From Hypanus sabinus (taxonomy: Eukaryota), in NCBI RefSeq assembly GCF_030144855.1, contig NC_082728.1:43090001-43154000 (forward strand): DNA of 64,000 bases, in the 5' to 3' direction. Below, one piece after another: positions 24,131 through 37,359 of the stretch; position 1 is the first letter of the stretch; every line of letters starts with the position of its first letter. A model generated the notes under the pieces. That model searched no databases, was not told the origin of the DNA, and was given only the letters and a program-made list of their open reading frames with translations. The position numbers and the translations under genes are program-made.

Positions 24131-24849
24131 ATGTGAATCACACAGCCTTTCGTGACACCAGTCTACACTGAGTACAAGTCTGTTATGGACTGTGTGGTTA
24201 TAGTCATGGCTTGAATGCTAACCAATGGCAAGTGGATAGGTGGAAACTACAGGCAGCTAAATTTGAGAAGACTCCACCACAGTCCCTTTGAATTGACAAT
24301 GTACAGGCTTTTGTGAGGCCAATGAAAGTTGTGAGTAATTGTGCTCTATTCTGGACTTAAGCACAGTGCAGATTATGTCAATGCTGTATCTAAAAGGGTT
24401 CGTGGAGAAGCTTTCTTGCCACTGGGAGGAGGAAGCTGAGGGGGGTGCTGGTAAAGGATTTCCCTGAGACCGACAGTACGAAGACCTCTCTGTAACTACT
24501 GTAATCAGATTTGTCTTCAAGGAAAGAGACTGCCCTTTGGACATAAAGACAAATGAACTCAACTGAAGTGCATTTTCCATTAACACTAGTTAAATCTCAA
24601 CTAATCCTTTATAAGGAAATTGATGGAGTTGAACATGTAAACAAAGTATTATTGGGATTAGGATCATATTTGTTGCTGATTTTTTCAATGCCAGACTAGT
24701 TGGAAAGAAAAAGCTCAGTTAACCACTTCATGTGACTAGCCAATAGTTAGTTCAGGATTTAATTGTTTTGCTTACTGGAAAAAATGATGCATCCTTACAC
24801 TGCATCCTTAACATGAAATAGTGAAATAAGTTCTGAGAGCATGGTATCC

Positions 24850-25200
24850 TGGTCAGATAAGCAGGTTATAAGCATGTCTTGGAAGAGGAGGGAGAGACTG
24901 TGAGATAGGGATGTATGGGGCGAATGTTGTATGGCGGTCCTAACTAATTGAAGTCGTGGTTGTTAATAGCAGGACAAATAAAATTGAGATGCAGAGGAGA
25001 CCAGAAACAGAACAGACATCTCAGAGGGTTGTTGGCCTGGAGATTACAGAGATGGAAAGTGATGAGGCTATGGATGCGTTTGAAGGCAGGGATGAAAAGT
25101 TTACTGTGGCAGCATTGCTTGACACTGGAAGCCTGTAGAAGCCAGCATGTTTCAAGTCGAAGCATAGATTGGCTGATCTCAAGCATTGGGAGAAGGAAAC
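24850..25200 (-). mobile_element. Ancient L2-like LINE 3' fragment
   Basis: Degenerate 'gtcttggaagaggagggagag...ggagattacagagatgg' pattern, recognised from memory only. Confidence 0.4.
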
Positions 25201-25289
25201 ATAATAGAAAATTGGGAGTGCATTAGAAAGTTGTCTTAAGGCAACAAAGGCAATTTTCTCAGTTTCAGTACTTGATGAGTTGAATTGGG

Positions 25290-25538
25290 ACAGACTGCAG
25301 ATAACGAACCCTGAGCTGAACTGAAATATGTCTTTCAATTCTATGTTTAATATCCTATGCTTTTTTTGGTTTCCATTTGCCCAATTTGTTTTTGTTTGTG
25401 CGTGGGGAGCGTTGATTGTGTTTTCTTTGAACAGGCTCCATGGTTTTTTGTTTCAAGGCTGTCTGTGGGAAAGGTGAATCTCAGGGCTGTATACTACTTA
25501 TATACTTTAATAATAAATGTACTTTGAATCCTTTGAAT
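25290..25538 (+). mobile_element. Non-autonomous retroposon with (ctttgaa)n tail
   Basis: The 3' end 'gaatctcagggctgtata...aataaatgtactttgaatcctttgaa' is shared with 36480-36622, 43510-44162, 46505-46680 and 55640-56030. Confidence 0.65.
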
Positions 25539-25809
25539 GGAATGAATGGGCAGAATGTTATGTTTGCCAAACCTCAAATCACAGAGCAGATATAACACCA
25601 AGATTCTGAACCAACAATTTGGTTCATCCTAAATAGGGGCTGGTCATGAAGTTGATAAAAATAGGACAGAGAATATTGGAGAGACCAAAGGAAATGGGAA
25701 CTTTGATTATTCATATATCAGCATTCTTATTCTGCTCCATTTAAACAAAATAAATAACACTGACTCAGAAGTTAGTTCCTGGTTGGTAAAACTAAAAGTG
25801 CTGTGCAGC

Positions 25810-26396
25810 TAGACTCAGTAGCCATGTTTCTAGTTACCTCCTGTACCTAATAAAGTAGCCACTAAATATGTTCATAGTCTTCTGCTACTATAAGCCATCC
25901 ACTTCAAGGTTTATCGTGTTGTGCATTCAGAGATGCTCTTTTGCACACCGCTGTTGTAACACATGGTTATTTGAGTTACTGTCACCTTCCTGTCAGCTTG
26001 AAACAGTTTGGCCATTCTCCTCTGACCTCCCCCATTAACAAAACATTTTGACCCACAGAACTGTGCTGAGTTGCTCCAGCATTTTGTGTGTTGCTCACTG
26101 GATGTCTTTTGTTTTTCGCACCATTCTCTGTAAACTCTCAAGGCTGTTGTGCGTGAAAATCCCAAGAGATCAGCAGTTTCTGAGATACTCAAACCACCCC
26201 ATCTGGCACCAACAATCACACCATGGTGGAAGTCACTTAGATCGTACTTCTTCCCCAATCTAATGTTTGGCCTGAACAACAAATGGACCTCTTGACCATG
26301 TCACATGCTTTTATGCATTGAGTTACTGCTAGATGATTGGCTGATTAGATATTTGAAAGTTTACAGGTGTAACTAGTAAAGGGGCCTTTGAGTGTA
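25810..26396 (-). mobile_element. Non-autonomous Tc1/mariner derivative, second copy
   Basis: ORF 25911-26282 reads GKKYDLSDFHHGVIVGARWGGLSISETADLLGFSRTT..RVYREWCEK. The TIR 'aggtgtaactagtaaaggggcctttgagtgTA' is at the right and a TIR hairpin is at 25810-25868. Confidence 0.9.
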
Positions 26397-27528
26397 TATC
26401 ACACAGAAGTGACTACATAACACGTTCAATGGAACTGTTACGGGAAATATTTCTCAGTAGCCGCCAGCTTTGGAGAATAAGCTTGTAAAATAATAATCTG
26501 TAATTTTAAACATTATATAATTAATGTTTGTGCTGATTATTAAAATTGCCTTTCGAAACATATTGCCAAGTTTGACAGATTTGAAACTGCATTATGTGCT
26601 CTAGGGTGAGGAGGAGTGGAAAGAGTGAAAGGAAGATGAGCAGAGCTTATGGACGACTAAGACTTTACAAGCAATTCAGTTCTACTAACCCTCCATTAGC
26701 ACTTGGCATCTATTCATAAACTTGGCATACATTGGGATCAACAGCTCTTCTTCATCTTTCTTATAAATGCAACCTTCATCATAATTACACCTGAGTTCAC
26801 AACCTGCATCTGGTTCGTATTCAATGGAAACAAATATTCTGGGTGATCTGCCCAGTATACATAACAGGCTGCTTTGATGGATACCCCTTTCTATTGTTAC
26901 AGTATTTTCTTTCATTTTTAACTTGAATAAAGATAGCAGCCTTCTTAACAGTAATAATTCATCCATAAAGATAATTTTCTGTGCACTAAGAATAAAGTGT
27001 AGTGGCAGCTGTAATGTCATGTTATTTTTGGTTTAATATTGCTTATATGGAGCTTTGCAGTGAAAATGCATGGTGTTTTCAACTTGGTTGCTTATTTAAC
27101 TTCTCTGGGTGTATTAACATAGAATATTAGATTGTAAATAATTAAATCTAATGAGTAAAATATTCAACACAATAGATTGAAGGAGGTAACGATTTGTTAC
27201 GATGTATAGATATACTGCAGATCCAAGGGTTTTCTTATAAAATGGACCCTGCTTGCTTGATGCCACCCCAGAATCGTCACATGCATTCCAATCACACTCA
27301 AGTTTTCCTTATCCAGATATAGAGGGATAAGTTTGTTGGCCCCCATCATCTCAGACTAGTTTCTTAGTGCACTCATTGCTTCAAGTTAGTGATCTGTTCC
27401 CAAAGGCAACAGAGCCCAGGGTGGAACAGTGAGGAAGCCCTGCTCATTAAAAAAAAACATGTCAGTATTTGAGAGTTCACAAAGCTGTAACAACTGTAAA
27501 GGTTTCTGACAGTCAGTTGTTTAAAATG

Positions 27529-27772
27529 TGATGCACCATCAATAACTCTCGGAGACGTGAGGTGAGATATAGGCTTTTATTGACTGGAGGAAAGAACAGA
27601 CAGCAATTGACCACCATGCTGCATCCTGGAGACTGAGAGGCAGGGCTCAGGCCTCAATCGCCTTTATACCGGGGTCTGTGGGAGGAGCCACGGTCAGTGG
27701 GAGGAGCCACAGGAGCAGTCAGTGGCGGGGGTGGGTGGGGGGTGTCCAGACAGGTATATGTAGTTCACCACA
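27529..27772 (-). mobile_element. Solo LTR, 244 bp, same family as 6837-7048
   Basis: TG...CA termini, a perfect 5-bp TSD aaatg (27524-27528 / 27773-27777), and an internal duplication of gtgggaggagccac. Confidence 0.9.
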
Positions 27773-29034
27773 AAATGTATTGAAATAGAACTAAAATCAT
27801 TAAAAATAAATATTCCTTTATTTTAAAAATGAAGAAAATGGATAATAAGTGAAATTGCATAAATATTTTAAAACAAATGAAGCGAAACAATTTGAATCAA
27901 TTACTTTCTCCTTTGTCCTACGATGTCCATTGGCATCAAGGGGATTGCAGATCCTGCTCCAAACTTTTGGAGTATGTCAGTATTTCACCTGGACTTCTGT
28001 GTTCAGCATCATGTGGTGACAATCCGAGGCTCACTGGCAAATCACCGACTAATCACTGGTGTTTTCATTCAGAATCGCTGGCAATAGTGTGAAAAAGCTG
28101 GCCCAATGGGTTTGGATTAAGTTGATATCTGAAGCAATTGAAGTTTATTTTCATTGACAATATAGATAAAAACACTCAAAGCAGTCCTTTCATTGTGACT
28201 AGTCATTTACAATTCCAGAATAAACTAGTTTAGTGTTGACTCATATTAAAGGTTACCATGCAATAAACAAACTGCAACAGAAGAAATATTTACTATTAAG
28301 AATGCCAAAATAACTGAAGTCTCTCTTTTAACTACATTTGGTTTGAATATTGCTAATACAGTGGCATGAGGTCCTGACAGCAGCTAGTAGAGGCATATTG
28401 TCAAAAACATATTTCCAAGCAAGCTTTCATACATGCACAGTAATCTGTAGACAATCATTTAACAACCAAAGCAATTTCGTAATTTGCTTTAGAACATGTC
28501 TCCAGAGTAAGCAGAATAGTTGTTATTATAGACTACAGTCCATAATGCAAAACAGGAAACATTCTAAAATGAAAGATCATATTGCTATGGTAATTTGAAA
28601 GTTTGTTATTTACGGTAATTGAAACTGAAATAGTGACTTTTTGTTTAACTTTTTGATTAGCTGTATTAATCTGGATATTTCCCTCTGATTATGAATTCCT
28701 CGTGCAGATTTATTGGCCTATATATTTTGTCTCATTTAATGTAATTCTTCAATTTCCTAGCCCACTTTCACTTTGTGCGTTGTCCTTTGAGTGGTAGGAT
28801 CGCAAGCTCAGTGCCATCTCCTACTTCCACTCTCCCTCCAGTAAGACACTCACTCACTACACCATCGGTCTGGCATTGTATACCATCAGAATCTTTCAGC
28901 AGATGTCTTTCTTCTTGGCACCACTTTGTTTCAGCACTGAATGCCATTAATAACTGGATTGGTGTATAAAATCACCGAGCCAAAATAAAGTTCACATGAA
29001 ATTGATTTAATTGGACATTTGTGGTAAGTTTTTG

Positions 29035-29545
29035 AATCATGGAAAAGTACAGGACAGAAATTGGCTCTATTGGCCCACATTTTAGATGCTGACTGTGATG
29101 CCTATCAACATTAATTCACCCGAGTTATGCCCATATCCATCTATGTATTTCCTAGACAAGCACCTGTCCAAATGTATTTTAAGTGTTTTAGTTTTTATCT
29201 TTCTCCACCACATCCTCTGACAGATTGTTCCAGGTACTCACCATCCTTTGTGTGAAAAACTTACCTTCTGAACTCCTTTAAATATTTTCCCCTTTCCCTT
29301 TAGATATTTTCCCTCTAGTTCCAGACTCCCCTACCCTGGCCAAAAAAAAAAAGGATCGAGCTTCTGACATTCCAGTGAGAGTAAACCAAACTATTTATTC
29401 TCTCTTTATAACTACAGACCTCCATTCCAGGCAACATCCCGGTGAATCTCTTCTTCTCTTTCTGTATTAATACCTTATTCTTCCTGTAATGTGGCAACCA
29501 GAATCGTACAAAATACTCTGAGTGCTTTATGAGCAAAAATTAAAC
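29035..29545 (-). mobile_element. CR1 3' fragment
   Basis: ORF 29315-29536 reads EYFVRFWLPHYRK..KRFTGMLPGME..YKER, and a CR1 tail is at the left. Confidence 0.8.
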
Positions 29546-29574
29546 ACTCTCAGCCAATGTTCCCAAGTTCAGCA

Positions 29575-29950
29575 TAATGAGAGGTGATCTCATTGAAGTA
29601 TACAGTATTTTTAGACTTGACAGGGAAGATTCAGGATAATGTTTATCCTATCTAGTTTTGTTTCTATTATCTAGGATGTCTGGAACCAGAGTTTACAGAC
29701 TCAAAATAAAGGGCTGGCAACTCATGACAGAGATGAGAAGACAGTTATTCACCCGGAAGAGTGTGAATTTTTGGAATTATACATACACATGAGGTGTGGC
29801 GTCCAAGTTGCAGACTAATTCAAGAGACTGATGGGTTTTAGAAATCAGAGGGAATAGAAGATTATAGAGTTAATACAGTAAAGAGGCACTAAAGTTAAAG
29901 GCCAGCCATGATTTTATTGTCTCTCCCCTGGTTTTATTTCCTGTCTTCTT
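29575..29950 (+). mobile_element. Old CR1 3' fragment
   Basis: Contains 'gaggtgatctcattgaagtatac' (RGDLIEVY) and 'gagatgagaagacagttattcacccggaagagtgtgaatttttggaat'. Confidence 0.7.
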
Positions 29951-32254
29951 TTGCACAATTAGCCTGTTCTGAGGACCTCATTAAATAATTGATGTGCATT
30001 CACGGTCCCTTCTGCTGGCTTTTGGTACTCGGAAAGTTCAGTTGCAAATTCCTCAGGGTTCATCTGCATGATGTAATAGCAATTAAAAGCTCATTTGAGG
30101 ATGCCAGTCTTCCTTTGACAGAGCGCATAATTATTTTGAGTGCATGACACCGAACTGGTATCAGACCTAGAGCACAGAACTGAAGCAAAAGCATATGAGC
30201 CAATGATTTCAATGCAACATTGTCCCTGAAGCAAATGCTCAGGTTATTTACCAGCAATTGACTTTAATTTCTCGAAGGAAAATTAACATAGTTCTTCTTA
30301 AAGCCAGGAAAACACTATGGAAAATGCAGTCCAAAATTCAGTTTTAATTTCTTTGCAATTTTATCTGGAAGATAATTGCATTTTATCAGCAGTTACTTCA
30401 ATTTCATTTTAAAAGCAGAATGTTCCGAGTATACCACAAAGTATACCATTGCATTTTGCAAACTACTAGTGTAGCTATAAACCGTTCACCATGTTATATT
30501 TAGCCATTGTGTTCTGGGTCAAGCAGAACTGTGGCATATGATAAGATAAGGCTGAGGGAAGTTAACTGCCTTTATCTATTGATTTGTATGAATATATTGA
30601 CTTGGCTTTGGAATGTTTAGAATGAAGGAAAAGTGGTTTTACTTGTGTTTTTATTATCTTGACCTCCTTGTTGTAAAGCATGCTCAGGTCCTTTTAACAT
30701 TGACTGTTGCACAACGAAAACACAGAGTCATTGCCCCATGACTGGACAACTTTCATACTTTCATGCTTTGGTGCAAGGCCAAGAACAACAGTACTGAAGA
30801 GCTAACACACACTGAAAAGGGATATTACTTTACTAACAATTGTCAGGGGAGCCTAAAGCAACTGTTCATTTCACCCATGACCTCTGCATTACTTCCCAAC
30901 AGCTTTTTTTCCATAAAACTCTTTATGGGGCTTTATGGTGTTAGACCAAATGTTTTCTGTAGGCACTTGGTGTACCTTTATTCCTTATACAGTAGAAGAT
31001 TCTGAATAGAAACTATTATTTGGTAAGCAAATAACCCTTTCTGCTTGTTGTCCTGATTAAGAAATTATTTTTAAGGGTCCAAGCAATATTTAAATAAATA
31101 AATTTAAGTTTCTGTCTCTATATAATGTTAAAACAACATTGGCATGTTTAAATGCTGTTTTTCTCAAAGGTTCACTTTATTCACTTAATGAATGTGGGAA
31201 TAACTCCAAAATACTTAGAGCAGCAAAGCTAGATTTTGGTGCTTTATATATTTTTTTTTTGTGTGGATTTGCCTTATTGTGAGCCTTTCTTCCAATTTAA
31301 AAAAAAATGACAGGCACTTTAAGGCCAGTGAGCAGAGCACGTTGTTAAATCCTTATGCCTCTGCTCTGCTTTGCCTCACTGTAGAGTGGCTTGTGTGAGC
31401 TGTATAATGCACAGGCTACAAGACTCCAAAAATGGTCCCGGACTTAAAAAATGTGTATAGTATAACTTCTCTATAAAATGGAAAAGGAGTCTAAAACAGA
31501 TTAACACCAAGATGATTTAAAACAGTTGGCTATCATTATAGGAATTAGTCAACCCACTGTCTCCAGTACCAGCAGAAGGCTGCAGGAGACTGTTCTACAT
31601 TACCATGTTATAAATGATTTCATCCATTAAGCCATCTCTCGAAAGTCATCCTTTAGGTACTGTTAGTTCTAAGTGGTCTTAATGGGAACCAAATTTCCAA
31701 GTATTATATGATTATCTAAATTTACCTCCAGTAATTTTCCATTATCTTGAATAAGTTTTGCCCACATTGCTCAACTTTATTTACTAAATCAATCCGATGA
31801 ACATGTAATACCAAGAATTTTCCAAAAACTCAATCAGCCAAATTTGTAAGTAATATAATATGAATTATGCCATCAATTAAGAAATCCGATCAGGACACTT
31901 TTATTGTTATTGGTAATGTAATGGCAATTTATGCAATTAATTTTACTTACACAGGTTATGAAATGTCAAACATCAATAAATCCACACTGCATTCGTTTCA
32001 GAGATGTTTTGAAACAAATGCTCTGGCTCATACTGGGAAACATATTGATATAATGTAATGTTACATGGAAGGGCCCAGCTGGCCACAGGCAAATGCACAT
32101 CTGACTTAAATACACTTCTAATCCTTGCAAAGAATTCCATTTGCACTTGCTGTCCACTCTCTGCAGATTATCAGATTTACACAATATAATTAAATGCAAA
32201 ACCTAGAAGTATCACATATTTCACAAATATCATTGTTTCAATGCCTTTGCATGT

Positions 32255-32683
32255 GGCAAGGGGGTCAGTTGCCTCTACCCTTTAAAATTGTGGCATCAGG
32301 TTCAAATTCCAAGTCAAAACTCTCAAGCACATAATCTACTGAGTGGAAGTGCTGCTTTGTCAGAGATCATGTGATTTAGGTGAGATAATTAATTAAGCTT
32401 TTGATGGGCAATTAATCAGACCATCTGGAGGTAGTTTTTCAAAGAACGGCAACAGATTTCTTCCAATATCACGGCAGGTGTTTAATATTTCACCAGCAAC
32501 ACTTAAAGCTAATTGGACTTCCATGTCATTTACCATTTGTAGAATCTTACAGCAGTCATATGAGCTGTTGGTTGATAGTAATAGCAGTAACTACTGTCAA
32601 CTTTAAAATTAATCTGTTGGCATTTTGGAACGTGTTGATGGCATGTACAGGCTACATAGAAGTGAAAATTTGTATTTCTTTCA
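32255..32683 (+). mobile_element. Ancient DeuSINE-like relic
   Basis: Reads 'ggttcaaattcc...aagcacataatctactgagtggaagtgctgctttgtcagag...ggtgagata', with a 3' end 'ggctacatagaagtgaaaatttgtatttctttc'. Similar layout to 8490-8910. Confidence 0.55.
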
Positions 32684-33560
32684 TCATCAAAACCAAGTAG
32701 TTAGTGGTTAAACATCTTCATTCTGTCAACTATATTTGATTGTGTTCTTTAAACACAATTTGAAATAACTATAACGTTGCTGGTCGAGAAGAGGAATTGT
32801 ATTTTCCTCTGTTGAGTGAAGTAAAAATCAGCACAGCTTTGCATAGTTTTGCAGTTGCAAAGATTCTAAAAGTATCCAATCTGTTTATTGAATATTTCTA
32901 AGTATAGTTCAAGTATCTTGTAACTGAAGATATAGTTAGTAAAACTAAGACAAATTAGGTCTATCGAAACATTTTAAACAGCCAGATGTAAGTGCACATT
33001 GGATTTGCCAAGTATGGAATTGGGAAGGGGAGTAGAAATGAGTGGTCACAACTTATCACAAGGTTGATAGGGAGATATGAATTTTGGGTGGTATAATGGA
33101 GGGTGTCAAGATTCACTCAAGATGGATATCATGGATTAAGATTAGTATAAGTTTTACTGGGACTTTTAAATAATGGTTACGCACATTTTCACTTGGTTAG
33201 ATTTCCACAGAAATGGTGTCATCCCACATGTAGTTCCTGTAGTAATGGCCTCAGCTGCACTATGAAGAATCACAACCAAAAGAGACCCATTATATTATTG
33301 AACTGACATACCTTGAACTGGAAACAGTCAGAATCATGTTCCACTCTGGAGGAAGGTCAATCTTCAGATACAAGCCTTTCATGTATTATGAAACATCAAA
33401 ACGAATATGTCTATCTGCATCCAGATTTCCAATTTCAGAAGAACTTGGGTCAGAAAAGTTTTACTGATTTTAAGCGCTTTATTCATGGCAATGACATCTC
33501 TTCCACAATGTCCATCAGCACTGGTGTATCAACCCCCTGCTCCATTCACTTTACACTTCC

Positions 33561-36478
33561 AGTTATGTATTTGATATTTCAGTAATATCTGAGTAATGTT
33601 GTTTGATTAAGCATTCTTTGTTGTTTACATAATGCATTATGGGTTATATGTACAAAGGACATGAATAGCATAAGTCACCTCACCACCATGTCATAAGTGC
33701 ATGCCTCACTACAGTAAAAATGAACCAAAATGGCTTTGTTCTTTTCGTTCAATTACTTTTATGCTTTAGAGTTACAAACCAAAACAGCAGCAATGAGGAA
33801 GTTTTAAAGTGAACCAGGGCTGACTACCTACTTGTTGAAATTCAGTACAATTTTCTTTGGAAGGGAGGAGAAAAACATTCAAGTCAAAAAATGGTGCAGC
33901 ATGTTTTTCTTTCTTCTTCTGAAGGGTAGAAAGAGACACTTGTTTTTTAAAAAGACAGAAAATGGATGAAATTCACTGGTTCATAAATAGTGAATACCAG
34001 GTGAGAAAGGGTAAAAAAATGATAGAAGATTTCGATTGCACAGAAGTATAGTGCTGTATACTGAATGAATTGAGCAGTATTTTGAAGCAAATGAAATAAC
34101 CAATTGAAAGCAAGTGTTAGTTTTGACGAGTGTGATAGTTGGAAAAGCGTACAGTTTGCTTATCGTTTGACTCTTCCAACCAGTTGGAATGCGCTTTGCT
34201 GATGTAATGAAAGTAATGCAGGAACATTTAGAACCAAAACTGCTGTTGATTGCAGAATGCTTTAGGTGTCATAAGTAGAATCAAAAGGAAGGTGAGTCCA
34301 TTTCAGATTACATCACTGAACTAAAGCTCAGTGATGCACTGATCATTTAGTTTGTGGAATCATATAAGAAAGCATTCAAGAAAGGCTCCTAACTGAACAA
34401 CTTACATCTAAAAGAGCAGTTGAAATTGCTGTATCAATGGAAACAGCAGTCAGGAATGAAAGTGAGAAGGAACAAAATTTTAACAACTAAGCAGAAACCC
34501 GCCTGGCTGAACAAATTGTGTTACCGTTGTCACACAGTCTCACATACAACTCACCAATGCAGACTTAAGGGTGAAACTTGCAGAAAATGCAACAAAGTAG
34601 GACATATACAAAGGGTATGTTTGGCAGACAGAAATAAATGCACTACACAGGGAGAGAAAAAGATAAACAGATAAGCTGTGGTTTCAAAAAGAGCACTAAT
34701 CTGCATGCTGCTGATGAAAAATCTGATAGTGATGACAATGACATAGGAATGAGTAGCCTTAAGAATTACAATACTGAAATTAACAAGAAACAAACAATAT
34801 GGCTTACAGCAGAAGTGAACTACAAATTACTGTAATTAAAATGGAAAGATACTGCATTGAAGCCTACAGATATCCAACCAAGAACTAATTCTGGAGAAGA
34901 GAGAAGTCCTGTGGGAATGATATTCATAACAGTTGAATAGATCAATCAATGAGCCACAATGGGCTTCTCTGTGGTAAAATCTGGACTGCCCGCATTGTGG
35001 AGGCATGAATAGCTGAGACAACTACAACTTGATCAGAGGTCCATCCACCAATTGTATGCCACATCCCTTGCATTAGAGTCAACTGGAAGCAAGTTAAGAA
35101 AGGTACTGGATGATGTCACAGCAGTGTTCAAGGATGGCGTTGGAAAACTCAAACATATCAAGGGCAAAATGGTGTTAAGTGAAAACACCACACCCAAGTT
35201 TTACAATGCCCCTCCAGTTCCTTATACTATTTGTGATGATGTAACCAGTGAGCTAGATTGTATGGTGGCTGAAGGAATTCTTTCCTGAGTGGAGCCAATG
35301 GGTAACACCAGTGTTCCCAGCAGTCACAAAGAATGGGCCTGTCATGATCTATGGTAATCTTAAGGTCACCATCAACCTTTGCCCAGGACAGAGGATGGAT
35401 CTTTGCAAACCTTTCTGGAGGAAAACACTTCAGGCCTACCTACAGATGGAGGTGGAAGAATGGTCCAAGTAGTTTCTCACCATAACCACTCACAAAGGGC
35501 TTTATCACTATAATAGGCTTATATTTGGAGTAGCATCTGCACCTGCACACTAGCAGAAGGCTGCAATGCTGCTCAGGCGTGCAGTGTTGCTGGACAGGAT
35601 GACAAATAACATCTCCAAAATCTCAAGACAGTGTCAAAAAGATTAGAAAATTATGGGCCCAGGCCACAACACAACATGTATGAATTATTTAAACTGAGTG
35701 CTTACTGTGGCACACCATTGGCACACATGATTCTACAATGTGCTGAGAAAATTCAAACAGTGGTGTCACAGTTGTGGTTCATTTTTATGATTTGCAAAAG
35801 ACAAAGGAAATGGTGGTGGTAGACACTGTACCTCACATTACGATCCACGTCATCCAATAAAGCCTGCCTGTGACACCTTGCCTTATGCTGTAGAAGCAGA
35901 CACATCACATGTTATGAGCGATGGACGTAAACCCCCTCAGCCTTTGCATCCTTACCCTTACTGCTGCAGATAAAAATTATCCACAGATTGACAGACAGCC
36001 CTTAAGAGTGGTTTGGGCTGTAAAATGTTTCAACTCTTGTATGGGGGAGTTTCCCATCATTACTGATCATCAACCACTAGTGTCCATTTTCAAACTACAG
36101 CAGGGTGTTCCACTAACAGCAGCAGCACAAATGCAGAGATGGCCTCCGTTTGCTGGAGGACACAATTTCAAGATCGAATTCAAGAAGACATTTAATTATG
36201 GAAATGCTGATGGCTTCTCCTGTCTGTTCTTGGAAAAGGAGATACCAGAAAACATTCCTCTTGATGTGTTTTTCCTAATGCATTCAAAAGTTTCCCTATT
36301 ATGGTGGAGATGATCCAAAGGGAAACCAGAAGAGACCCCACACTATTTCAAGTCTGCATGGCCACCCAAAGTGGATGGAATGTGCAACAGAAACTCTAGT
36401 GCCAGTATGAATTTGCCCTTGACGTGGGATACATTATGTGGGGATAACATCCAAGCTGAGAGCTAAAGTGTAGGAGAG
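33561..36478 (+). mobile_element. Decayed Ty3/Gypsy LTR retrotransposon (Mag-like); integrase and 3' LTR missing
   Basis: Probable 5' LTR at ~33561-33786 and a decayed PBS 'gcagcaatgagga'. Gag pieces read IEQYFEANEI, EHLEPKLLLIAE and NQKEGESI, with double zinc knuckles CYRC..H..C..CRKCNKVGHI..C. RT and RNase H pieces read YPQIDR and ITDHQPLVSIF. Confidence 0.9.
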
Positions 36479-36479
36479 G

Positions 36480-36622
36480 TTATATTCCTCTTGGGTGTGC
36501 GCATCCGTTGAGCCCATTATTGCTCTTGGATTTAATGAGTATGCCCGCAAGAAAATGAATCTCTGGGTTGTATATGGTGACATATATATACCTTGATCAT
36601 AAGTTTACATTGAACCTTGAAC
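36480..36622 (+). mobile_element. Retroposon 3' tail fragment that ends the Gypsy remnant
   Basis: Reads 'cgcaagaaaatgaatctctgggttgtatatggtgac...ttgaaccttgaac'. Confidence 0.7.
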
Positions 36623-37359
36623 TGCTGCACAAAGACCACCAGTTTTGAGTATCACCTCCAAAGAATCCAGTAGCAAGAGGCAAAAGCCTTAAATAACACA
36701 AGAATCAATTCCATGTAGGGGGGAAAAACCGACACAAAACCCAATCTATTCACAGCTGAGAAAGGAATATTCTCATGCAACTGCCAGTTTTCTAATCTGC
36801 TAAAATTTAAAATACTTCATTTCATTTTTTTAATATGGGTGGTTTATTCTGAATAACAGGTTGTGCTTTATTGATGGGAGCAGATTTTTCAAGCTGTTCA
36901 AAAACTGAGATATTCTGCACTTGTACATTGTCTTTACAGTGTTCAAAGGCAACACTGTTCTGCTTTTCTGATTTGACAGCAAAATTAAGATGTAGTTACA
37001 CATTTGCTCTAAAGATTCAATCATTTGGGATGGAAATGTGAACAGCAGAGTACTTATATGAAGGAATCTTTGAGCTGATTGATGTGCAAGAGAACTGTTA
37101 AATATTATCTTTTTCTCTACCGATACTAGCTTCTCAGCATTCTAATAAAGTGCTTCTCTATGAGTCATTATTACAAACTTTACCATTTAATTTAGTCCAC
37201 TAAATGTACATTAAATCTTTTGAGACTGTTTTTTTTTTTACAGAAGGAAGGCTTATATATGTTCCCAAAGGTCCAGTAATAAGTCAGACTTATTCCACCT
37301 CAGAGATGACTGGCTATTAAATCACATGCATAACACCATTCAAGTGGGAGATTCTTTGT

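Noticed and set aside
37144-37168. AAAGTGCT seed resembling miR-430/302
   Set aside because: There is no complementary arm to form a precursor.
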